A stretch of DNA of 63,783 nucleotides, counting the filler, from Reclinomonas americana ATCC 50394 (lineage: Eukaryota), in the NCBI GenBank assembly GCA_048213135.1. It is 29 parts of 29 records of this genome, joined end to end, with 100 filler letters (N's around TTAATTAATTAA, not from the genome) between each part and the next. Parts side by side here need not be neighbours in the genome. Positions count along the whole stretch, not along the records: positions 10,823 to 13,368 come from AFZH01024848.1; positions 13,469 to 14,918 come from AFZH01024849.1; positions 15,019 to 16,115 come from AFZH01024850.1; positions 16,216 to 18,762 come from AFZH01024851.1; positions 18,863 to 21,405 come from AFZH01024852.1; positions 21,506 to 24,043 come from AFZH01024853.1; 23 more parts are not named here. One strand, 5' to 3'. Under the pieces are notes generated by a model. It worked only from the letters and a program-made list of their open reading frames with translations. It did not search any database and was not told where the DNA came from. A program made the translations under genes and the position numbers. Within the stretch, counting starts at the first letter, position 1, and the number at the start of each line of letters is the position of its first letter. This document shows, piece by piece, positions 10,928 to 21,530 of the stretch.

Positions 10928-13330
10928 GCGTGTTCCGGTGAGCGACACTGTGCGCTGTGTGCTGTGTGTGTGTGTACATTCGTCATGTTGATTGTTCGCT
11001 GCAGCAATGCCAAGGCCGGTGCTGAGTTGGTGACCAAGCCGAAGGATGTGTACGCCGATCTCCCGATCGATGTGCTCACGCTGGCCGACGTTGCGTCTCG
11101 CTCCTCATGAGCAGGTTTGAGTGTGTGTGTGAGGAGAGAGAGATCTGAAACAGAGAATGCACACAGTGCTTCCGCTGCGGCCTGGGACTCAACCGTACTG
11201 GCAAGGCTCTCGGGTGTGTTTCCGCGATGTGACGCAGTGTGTGTGCGTGTGTGAGGTTGTGGGCGCTCACACACTCTGTGCAGTCATCGCCAGGAGGGTC
11301 CGTACCAGTGGATGACGTACGAGGAGGCCGATCGCCACATTGCGCAGTACGCTGCTGGTGCGTGCGTTCCCATGCGAGAATGGTCGATGGAGAGAAGCTC
11401 ATTGTGTGCGTGCAGGTCTGACCCACCTGGGACTGCAGCCGCGTGCTCCGATTGGCTTCTACGCCAAGGCAAGTCATCGACCAGGTGAATGAATATGCAT
11501 TATCGTGCGACTGATGGTCTTTCGTCGTTTGCAGACTCGCTTCGAGTGGCAGTTGGTGGAGCATGGTGAGCAAACGGGAGGAAAGGGAGGGAGTCAAGGG
11601 TAAGTTTCTCACTCGTTTCACAGCGTGCTACCGTCGCAACATGGTCACTGTGTCGCTGTACGACACGCTCGGCCCGAATGCCGTGGAGTTGCGTCGTGTT
11701 TGCGAATCATCTGTTTTCCCTTTCGTCTGTGATCTAACGGACGTCCTTCGCCCCATGCAGGTACATTCTCGAGCACTCGTTTCGTCGGCTTGTCGCTCGT
11801 GTTCTTGTCTTGACGTTTTCCGTTCCTCACACACCTCCTGTGCGTGCACGACAGTGAGTGCCAGGCTGTGTTGTGCGCTCCCGAGTGCCTCGCCAAGGTT
11901 TTCCATCCGTTCTCGAGCGTCTCTCAAACGTGGCGCATGCTCACCCTCCCTTGATGCAGCTCCTGTCCACCCTGCACCAAGTGCCCCTCGTGCGCCACAT
12001 CATCGTCATCGACAATCAGGTGACGGAGAATGACAAGGCCGCTGTCGCCGCCGCCGGTCGCAACATCCTCACGCTGGAGGAGCTCGGCCGACTGGTGTGT
12101 GGTGTTTACCGCGCGCATGCGGGCGGGACTGATGAGTTTCTGATCTCGTTGTTGCGACAGGGTGCGGAGCATCCGTCGGAGGATGTGCTCCCGTCGCCGC
12201 AGGAGCTGGCCATTCTCATGTACACCAGCGGCACCACTGGCGTGCCGAAGGTGAGCATTGCAAGAGTGTGTTCGTTTGTGTGTTATCGTGCTCACTGATC
12301 GACGCAGGGTGTCATGATTCACCACAACCACATGGTGGCTGCGATTGCTGGTTGGTGCTGCGTGTGTGAAAAAGACCGGGATTCGTGTCGGGCTGCTGAC
12401 GCTGATGCTGTGTGCAGGTGCTGCCAGCAACATGCGTCGCCTGAAGACGTGTGATTGCATCCTGGCGTTCCTCCCGCTTGCTCACGTGCGTAACCAATCA
12501 ACCTCTTGCTCTCCTTGTATTATCTGTGCTCACATTTGTATCATTCGTGTGCATTCTTGCGAACCAGATCTTCGAGGTGCGTCTGCGCTCCCCCGAATTC
12601 ACTGGCTTCCATTGTCACCGACTCTTATAATCTCGCTTCATTTTGCACACAGCGCGTGATTGAGAACTTCTTCCTCATGTGCGGCAGCTCCATTGGCTAC
12701 TACAGTGGGGTGCGTAGAACAGCAGCAGCAGTGGCCGGCCTGAACCTCGGCGATGCTAACTTGCTTTGCTTTCCCCGCAGGACCCGCGCAAGATCAAGGA
12801 CGACTTGGGTGCGTGCTGTTCAATGTGTCACTCACCCGTGTGCCTTTGCTCACTCGTCGCGTCATCGTGCAGGTGCCCTCCGCCCGACGATCCTCGCCGG
12901 TGTGCCGCGCATCTACGAGCGTCTCCACGACGGTGTCATGGCGGTGCGTTCCGTGCAGTGATCATCTCCCATTCTTTAATTGCCATGCTCATCTCTCCCT
13001 TTTGTGCTGCTACAGAACGTGGCCAAGGTACGCTTCTGTACGATCGTCACAGCGCTCTTCCGCGTTCTCACCCCTCGTGTGTAGCTCCCGGCCCGCAAGC
13101 AGCGCCTTTTCCAGAATGCCCTCGCCAAGAAGATGTCGGGCCGCAACACGTGCTGCATGGACTGCCTGGTTTCGTGCTTTTGTCGGCGCACTTGATGTTG
13201 TGTCGCTGGCTCACCCTCTCTATGTGTCGCAGATTTTCCGCAAGACGAAGAACACCCTCGGCGGTCGCCTGCACACCATGATCTCTGGTGGTGGTCCTCT
13301 GCGCCCGGAGATCCAGCAATTCCTCCGCGC
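10928..13330 (+). CDS. Long-chain fatty acyl-CoA synthetase (ACSL/LACS family), partial, 20 exons visible
   Basis: Hand splicing gives GPYQWMTYEE, GFYAKTRFEW, VSLYDTLGPNAVEYILEHSE, AMP-binding LAILMYTSGTTGVPKGVM, FLPLAHIFER, LRPTILAGVPRIYER and LGGRLHTMISGGGPL. Confidence 0.97.
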
Positions 13331-13468
13331 GTGCGTTTTTTTCCTTTCATGATATTCATGCTGATGCTNNNNNNNNNNNNNNNNNNNNNNNNNNNNNNNN
13401 NNNNNNNNNNNNTTAATTAATTAANNNNNNNNNNNNNNNNNNNNNNNNNNNNNNNNNNNNNNNNNNNN

Positions 13469-13549
<81 letters not shown>
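13469..13549. repeat. (CA)n microsatellite at contig end
   Basis: Seen directly. Confidence 0.99.
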
Positions 13550-13566
<17 letters not shown>

Positions 13567-13900
13567 TGAGCGCCGGAAGAATAGAGAAAGAGCAGGACGG
13601 GGAATGAGGGATAGAGGAATGGAGAAGAAGAGGAGAAAGGGAGAGAAGAGGAGAGAGGAATGGAGAGGAAGAGGGGAGGGAAAGGGAGAGACTGCGAGCT
13701 AATGAGAACGAGAGTAGAAACCAAGTTGAGCTCAAATTCACATGCTGCACAATGCGCGCGAAAAATGTTGTGCGGTGGCCCTCAGCAACGGCTGTATCTC
13801 GCGCGCAAGAAACAAAAGAAATGGAAGAGTGGACGAGAGGGTAGAGAGAGGAGAGAGGAGAGAGGGAGGTGAGAGGGATACACACACAAACGCAACTGAC

Positions 13901-13990
13901 AGGCACCGCCGCCACCACGACAGACATGGCCACCACGGCCAGCAACACCAGTGCGACAAGCAAACTGCGCGTTGTCTTGTTGTTGTTCAT
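13901..13990 (-). CDS. First exon of a probable secreted protein (signal peptide)
   Basis: MNNNKTTRSLLVALVLLAVVAMSVVVAAVP followed by a GT donor and a pyrimidine-rich intron. Confidence 0.55.
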
Positions 13991-14788
13991 TGTTGCCTGC
14001 TCCTTTGGTCAGACGGAAGCACTGTGGTGTACATGTGACACAGAAGGGCATGTGAGACACAAAACAAACGCGCGCGCGCGCGCGCAAAAGTGGTGACATG
14101 GAGAGAACAAAACAAAATTGTGCCCCCTCTCAGCATCTTCCTCAGCTCTCATGGTGTGTGCACGCGTGCTGTGTGTTGTGTGCTGCGCTGCACGTGTGTC
14201 ATCTCATGATCGTGATATCGAAAACGCGCAACAGCAGCGCCTTGGCCAGTGCGGCGCCGGCGCCGGCGGACAAGGATCCTCACCTTGAGACACACAGAAA
14301 ATGTGGATACTTCTTACACCGGTATCGTCGCTGTGATGAACCACAGATGGGCGGGGGTGCAAGTGCTCCACGACGCGTGAGAACAAAGCGAATTGCAAAC
14401 TTTTCTTTCCCTTTCCTTTTTCGTCTGTCTAGTCCGACACGAGCACGCGCACCACCCGAATGGTCAAAATGTTGCGACAGGCCACCACACACAACGCGAC
14501 GGAGAGTGGGTCTCTTCGTGCATGTCGGCTGCGAGTTGTCGCGCATACTGAACCCGCAGCATACATAATTTGATTGATTTCTGCTTCATAAGGCCTACCG
14601 TCAAGTGAGTGATCAGTTGCGAGCGAGGTCGATGTAGCTGTGCGTGCGGCTCAGGTGATGACCGCCGGTTGTTCTCACCGGAACTTGCTGTGGTTGTTCG
14701 CGAGTATCATCCCAACCAGAATCAATATGAAAAGCAAGATTCGGCGCAGCTGCAAAAGACCGCACGTTGTTGTTTGTCGTTTCGTTGC

Positions 14789-14918
<130 letters not shown>

Positions 14919-15018
14919 NNNNNNNNNNNNNNNNNNNNNNNNNNNNNNNNNNNNNNNNNNNNTTAATTAATTAANNNNNNNNNNNNNNNNNNNNNNNNNN
15001 NNNNNNNNNNNNNNNNNN

Positions 15019-16115
15019 GCTGCTGGAGGCCACAGACAGCCAGCTGCGACTGGACTCACGAGCCGTCCACGTCACACCAGAGTCAGTGGAGGTGTAAATC
15101 CGATCGCTGATCGCAACTGCAACCAGCTTTGTACCGTCACTGCTAGAGGCCACTGCCAGCCAGCTGCGATTGGACTCACGAGCCGTCCAGTTCTCGCCCG
15201 AGTCAGTGGAGGTGTAGATCTGACCTGAGTTCACCACAGCTACCAGCTTGGTGCCGTCACTGCTGGAGGCCACTCCAGTCCAGTTGCGAGTGGAATCATG
15301 GGTCGTCCACGTCACACCAGAGTTAGTGGAGGTGTAGATCGGATCGCTGCTCGAAACAACCACCAGCTTCGTGCCGTCGCTGCTGGAGGCCACCGATCTC
15401 CACGGGCGACTAGATTCACGAGACGTCCATGTCGCGCCAGAGTCAGCTGAGGTGTAGATGAAACCGGGGCTTGACACAGCCACCAGCTTGGTACCATCAC
15501 TGCTGGAGGCCGCGGCCGACCAGGCTCCTGAACCGATGTTCTGACTTGTCCACGTCGCGCCAGAATCGGCGGATGTGTAGACAGAAGTACCGAACAGCGC
15601 CACCAACTTGGTGCCGTCGCTGTTGGAGGCCACTCCTCTCCACTTGCCACTGGTGTTAAGAGTGGCGGTGTTGGTGCAGCCGGGGATTGAGCAGTCGGAA
15701 CCTGTTTGATAAGAATGTTAGCACAACAATTAACTACGACCGAGAACAATTGCACCATCACCACTCACCGCTCCACGGATTCGTGCAGGTGCACGAACCA
15801 TTGGTGTTGCACGTTCCGTGACCGGAGCACGTTATACTGGGGCTGCAGTTGCAGCTGGCGTTGGTGTAGTCGCCCGTGCACTGGCACGTACCGTCACTCT
15901 TGCACGTTCCGTGACCGGAGCACGTCGTCGCCGCCATGCAGTTCACATTGCACGAGGCACCGGAAAAGTTGGTGTTGCACTGACACGTTCCGTCACTCTT
16001 GCACGTTCCGTTGCCGGTGCACGTCGTCGCCGCCACACAGTTGACACTGCACGACGCACCGTAATAGTTGGTGGCACACTGGCACTGGCCGTCGCTCGTG
16101 CACGTTCCGTTACCC
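15019..16115 (-). CDS. Extracellular protein fragment: tenascin-type EGF repeats followed by BNR/Asp-box beta-propeller repeats
   Basis: Four CSGHGTCxxDGTCQC...C EGF units. Intron 15768-15702 (GTGAGT..CAG). Then about five 40-aa repeats ASSSDGTKLVAV...IYTSTDSGVTW containing the Asp-box SxDxGxTW. Confidence 0.9.
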
Positions 16116-16215
16116 NNNNNNNNNNNNNNNNNNNNNNNNNNNNNNNNNNNNNNNNNNNNTTAATTAATTAANNNNNNNNNNNNNNNNNNNNNNNNNNNNN
16201 NNNNNNNNNNNNNNN

Positions 16216-18140
16216 GAATGCACAGAGTGGGAAGCAACGACCAGATGCGCACCACCAGGTTGTGCAGGTTCTTGGCGGCCACCACACGCCCGCGTCCCGC
16301 CGAAGCCGCCGACGCCTTGTCCAACTCCTCCGACTGCGGCAACAACTCGTCGCGGAAGAACTGCAACTGTGGAGGTGCCTGTTCCGCCGCCATGCGAATC
16401 ACATCCAAGAGCCAGTCGCGCGATGCGCTGCAACCACACACCACCCATGTGAGACTCAGATCTGGAATGCTGCTGCAGAGTGACACTGGCGCAATGGCAG
16501 CAGACACACCTCCCCGACTCCAGCAGACTGATGGGCAGTACGCGCACAAGGCGACCGGATCCCAGGCTGACTGCAGCACTGACAAAGGCCGCTTCCAGCT
16601 GCGAGCGGAAGCGGAATCCCGAAATGTTCCACATGCTGTCCATCACACCCAGCAACGGCGGCGCAAACACCTCGGCGTTGGAGGTCAGCGACTGGAAAAA
16701 GGTGCGAGCCACATCGAGGATCGATCCGAGATTGAACGCGTACTGCTGACTGGTGAGCAGATTGTTCAGCGAGTCGGCGATCTCCAGCACCGCGTTGTCG
16801 CCGTTTTCGACGCACTCGGGGTCGAGGCATGTCGAAATCATGCGCTGCGTGGACGTATCGAATGCGTCAATCAGGGAGGGGGAGGGGGAGGGGGGGAGAA
16901 AGAAAAGAGTACGTAAGTTACCTGAAGCGATTCGGTCACAGCCGACACTGTGGCCGGGTGGCTGCACACAAACTTGGTGGCCACCAGTGCAACGACGCCT
17001 CCGACTCGTTCCAGCGAGGCAGCGCGATCCAGCGAGTGGTACAGCGAGTACGCCAGACCGATGAGTTTCACAAAGCGCATGGTGAGATCCTCGTCCTGCA
17101 CACGCGGCTCCAGCTTCGGCAGCGCCTGAATCAGCTGGCTCGTGGCCTCGGGCTCCATCGGTACCATGGCCGGCGTGCCAGGTTCGGAACCGGCGGGCGG
17201 CGAGAAGAGGGCACACAACACGTCGAGCGTGTGACTCGTGAGGTGTGCATTGGCCAGCGCCGGGAACTTGACCAGCTCCTGGCACAGATGCAGACAAGCC
17301 TGCAGTCGCCACGAGTGAGTTTCATCGGTGGGATGGAGGGAGGGAGGAAGGTGGGAGGACGGCACCTTGTGATGCATAAAGGGGAGGGTCGATTCCAGCG
17401 TGGCCATCATGTGCATGGCTCGTGTGGCCTCGGCGCTGGTGGTGTCGCGGAACACCGAAATGGCCAGCTGCGCCACCGCCCGCGCAATCTTGCGACGGAT
17501 CGAGTCCTTTTGCACGCCGGAAACCGGATTCATCATCTCGCCCAGCGCCTGCTGCGCCTCATGTCGCACCTTCGGCCGTGCATCCACCGTAAACTGCAGC
17601 AACTGCCCAAACAGGTCCTTGGTCGCCGCCTCCTTCCACACCACCTTTGGCTGCGCCGACAGCACGCGGAAGAGCGCCGTCAGTGCCGCACGCACCGCCG
17701 CCGGCGATTCGGCATTGTGTCGCCGAACAGCACCGCTGAGCGCATCAATGGTCGGCGAGAAGCGCGACACCAGTGTGGCCCGCGGAGTGTGCGGCACCAG
17801 CATGCCCAGCACCGTCAGTGCGGCTGCCGAGGTCTCCGCCTGCGTCGCATGCTGCACGGCAGTGACCAGTGCACCAAAGTAGGCCGATGCCGTCGGCGGT
17901 GTGCCCGACTGCTCAATGACCTCGGTGGTGGCTGTTTGACGGCGGCGGCGACACGCGAGTGTGAAGAAGAGGGCGGTCGGTGTGAGTGTGTGGTGAGTGA
18001 TGATGTGAATGTGCACGAGAGCGAGACTGACCCGCCACAATCGCCTGCACTTGCTGGCTGGTGCGATGCCGTGTTACAATGTCCTCCAGAACCGCCTCCA
18101 GTGTCACTGGTGACACCTCCTCCTCGAACGCCTCCTCCAT
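16216..18140 (-). CDS. RRP12: RRP12-like ribosome biogenesis HEAT-repeat protein, 3'-truncated, spliced
   Basis: EVIEQSGTPPTASAYFGALVTAV, LLQFTVDARPKVRHEAQQAL, and SRDWLLDVIR...QLQFFRDELLP...RIWSLLPTLC (NUC173-like region). ATG at 18140. Confidence 0.85.
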
Positions 18141-18200
18141 TCGCAGCAGACAAGGCAAGGGTGGATCGATGTTGGTTGATCGATGATCGGATCATTTACC

Positions 18201-18737
18201 ATGGTGAAGAAGCGCCCAGCGAAGGACTTTGAGGTGCGTCTCCGTCTCTGTGTGCCTCTCTCTCTATGTGTGTGTGACGCTCACCACTGTCGGTCACAGA
18301 AACCCAAGACCAAGATCGGCAAAAAGGTGATCACTGAAGATGAGCGCATTCTGCAGTCGTTGCGCATCAAGAGTTGCGTTGTGTGCACACACACACACAC
18401 ACACACTGCATCAGTGAGCAATCAGCTCATTCATCCCTCTCTCCCACACACAGACTTTCATGTGCCGATGCCAGTGGAGCACTCGGACGCGGAACCACTG
18501 ACGCATCGACGGCATTCCATTCGTGATCTCATGTCGCTGACCTCGCACCATGCGGCCTCGGCGAGGCGCGATGCGGTGCAGGAGTTTCGCGAGCTGTTTG
18601 TGTCGCACCCGGGGTTTTGCGAGTCGCACACGGCGGCGGCGGTGCAGTGTGTGGCGCCGCTGTTGGCCGACTCGGATGCACCGGTGCGCAAGGCTGCCAG
18701 TGCGTTCTTTCTGCATCTGATGACGGGCGTGTCGACG
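18201..18737 (+). CDS. IPI1: IPI1/TEX10 (Rix1 complex) N-terminal region, 3'-truncated, spliced
   Basis: MVKKRPAKDFEKPKTKIGKK...PLTHRRHSIRDLMSLTSHHAASARRDAVQEFRELFVSHP...LLADSDAPVRKAA matches the Ipi1/TEX10 N-terminal pattern. Start context ACCATGG. Confidence 0.85.
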
Positions 18738-18862
18738 GTGAGGGAGGTGGCGAAGGGGAGAANNNNNNNNNNNNNNNNNNNNNNNNNNNNNNNNNNNNNN
18801 NNNNNNTTAATTAATTAANNNNNNNNNNNNNNNNNNNNNNNNNNNNNNNNNNNNNNNNNNNN

Positions 18863-20780
18863 TTCCTCTCCTCCCCCTCTCAGGTTGAGAGCACGGCTGT
18901 GTGTATCTCCGTGCATCAACTCGCCATTGCTCCGCTTGATTGCACTCTCTCTCTCTCTCTCTCTTCCTCTCCCTTCCTCCATTCCTCTCTCCCGACTCTC
19001 TCACACACACTCTCTCTCTCTTCCTCTCCTCTCCCTCCTCTTGCTGAGAGCACGGCTGTGTGTATCTCCGTGCATTGACTCGCCACTACTCCGCTTGCTT
19101 GCACAATTTTCCGACACGAATCACGCTCTCTCCCTTTCCCGTACCTTCCTCTCCTCCTCCTCACCTCCTTGCGTGTCTTCGTGCATTGACTCGCCACTGC
19201 TCCGCTTGATTACACAATTCTTCCGACACGAATCACGCTCTCCCCCTTTCCCGTACCTTCCTCTCCTCCTCCTCTCTCGCCATACGTGTTGCGTGTCTTC
19301 GTACATTGACTCGCCACTGCTCCGCGTGATTGAGCAATTCTTCCGCCCACACGCATCCCTCTTCGCCTCCCTTCCTCTCCTCGTCCTCCTCTCTTGCTGA
19401 GAGCACGGCTGTGTGTATCTACGTGCATCAACTCGCCATTGATCCGCTTGATTGCACTCTCTCCCTCTTCACCTCCCATCGTCTTTCTTCCTCTCCCTTC
19501 CTCCTTTCCTCTCCCTTCTTTCCTTCCTTTCTCACTCTCTTCCTCTCCTCCTCCTCTCTCGCCGAGAGCACGTCTGTGTGTATCTCCGTGCATCAACTCG
19601 CCATTGCTCCGCGTGATTGCACACTTCTTCCTCCCTTCCTCCCTTTCTCCCTATTCCTCTCCTTTCCTCTCTCTTCCTCCCTTCCTCTCTCCCTTTCACC
19701 ACTCCCTACCTCCCTTGGTGTCTCATTCTTTCTCTATGTATCTCGTCGCCTCTCTCGCCGTGCGTGTTGCGTGTCATCGTGCTTGGATTCGCCACTGCCC
19801 CCTCGTAATGGTACAGTTCTTCCGCCCACACGCAATGCATTTTCACCTACCTTTGCCTCCCTTCCTCTCCTCTTCCTCTCCTCTTCCTCCTCTTGCCGAG
19901 AGAATGACTGTGTGTATCTACGTGCATGAACTCGCCAGTGCTCCGCTTGATTGCACAATTCTACCTCCCTTCCTTTCTCTTCGCCTCCCTTCCTCTCCCT
20001 TTCTTCTCCTCTGTCTCCCTCTCCTCCTCCTCTCTCGCCATACGTGTTGTGTGTTTTCGTGCACTGCTCCGTGTGATTGAGCAATTCTTCCGCCCACACG
20101 CATCCCTCTTCGCCTCCCTTCCTCTCCTCGTCCACCTCTCTTGCTGAGAGCACGCACGGCTGTGTATGTGTCTGCGTCCGTGGGATCGCCTGATGTATAC
20201 CATTCCGTCCACTCGCATTGCTGTGCATGTCCTGTTTCATTCCCCTCTTTCGCTTTCACTCATTCTCGCCGCTTCTCTTGCTAAACGTGCATTGACTCGC
20301 CATTGCTCCGCATGATTGCACAATTCTACCTCCCACTCTCTCCCTATTCACCTCCCTCCCTCTCTCTCAACTCTCTTCTCCCTGCCTCTCTTTTTCTTCT
20401 CTCCTCCTCCTCTCTCCCCGTACGTGTTGCGTGTCTTCGAATTCGTGCATTGACTCGCCATTGCTCCGCTTGGTTACACAATTCTTCCTCCTCTTCACCT
20501 CTCCCTATTCACCTCCCTTTCTCTCTCTCTCTCAACTCTCTTCTCCCTCTTCTCCTCCTCCTATCTTGGTGAGAGCACGGCTGTGTGTCTGTGTGCATGT
20601 ATTCGCCAGTGCTCCGCTTGATTGCACAATTCTTCCGACACGAATCACCCTCTCTCTACCTCTTCCCCTTCCTTCCTCCCTTCCTCTCTCTTTGCCCTCT
20701 TCGCCTCCCTTCCCTTTATCCTCACTCTGTTGCGTGTCTTCGTGCATGGATTCGCCAGTGCACCGCCTGCTCATGCAGTT
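18863..20780. repeat. Same satellite family as 5419-6966, opposite orientation
   Basis: 13 cores GTGCAT(T/C)(G/A)ACTCGCCA(T/C)TGCTCCGC(T/G)TGATTGCAC with pyrimidine-rich spacers. Followed by low-complexity C/T sequence to 21405. Confidence 0.9.
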
Positions 20781-21530
20781 ATTCAGCCGCCCCGCCTGCA
20801 TTGCACACTCTCTCGCTCTCTCTTTGCATCTTTTCTCCCTCTATTCCTTCTCCATGCAAATCTTCACCGTATGTGTGCGTGTGTGGCGGTGATTATTCGC
20901 CGTTTGCTGATCACGCTCCTTCCATTCCCTTTCTCGACTTTATCTCTCTCACGCCACCTTTTTTCTCTCTCTCTTCTACCTGTCTCCCTTGCTCTCCTAC
21001 CGCGCGCCTCTCTCCTTTCCTCCATCGTTGCATATCACCGCCATTCATATTCCTGCCTTCTTTCTCTGTCTATATATCGTTTCGGCTTTCTTCCTCTTCC
21101 TCGCGCGCTCCTTTCCCACTGCATCCTCTCCTTCTATGCCTCTTTCTCTTTTTCTTCCTCTTCCCACTCCCGCTCTCTTTTTTCTTCCCTGCTCCTTTCC
21201 ATCTGCTCCTTCTTCGCCTCTTTCTCTTCTTCTTCCTCTTCCCACTCCCGCTCTCTTTTTTCTTCTCCACTCCTTTCCCTCTGCTCCTTCTTCGCCTCTT
21301 CTTCTTCCCCACTCCTGTCCTTCTTCATCCCTCCCTCATCCCTCTCCCCTTCTTGCACGTTGTGCATCGTCCGTCACCTTCCTCTTTCTCTACTCTCTGC
21401 CTCTTNNNNNNNNNNNNNNNNNNNNNNNNNNNNNNNNNNNNNNNNNNNNTTAATTAATTAANNNNNNNNNNNNNNNNNNNNNNNNNNNNNNNNNNNNNNN
21501 NNNNNAGAGAGAGAGAGAGAGAGAGAGATA

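Noticed and set aside
14068..14085. (CG)n run upstream of the signal-peptide exon as a Z-DNA regulatory element
   Set aside because: A short dinucleotide run in a microsatellite-rich genome with no supporting evidence.
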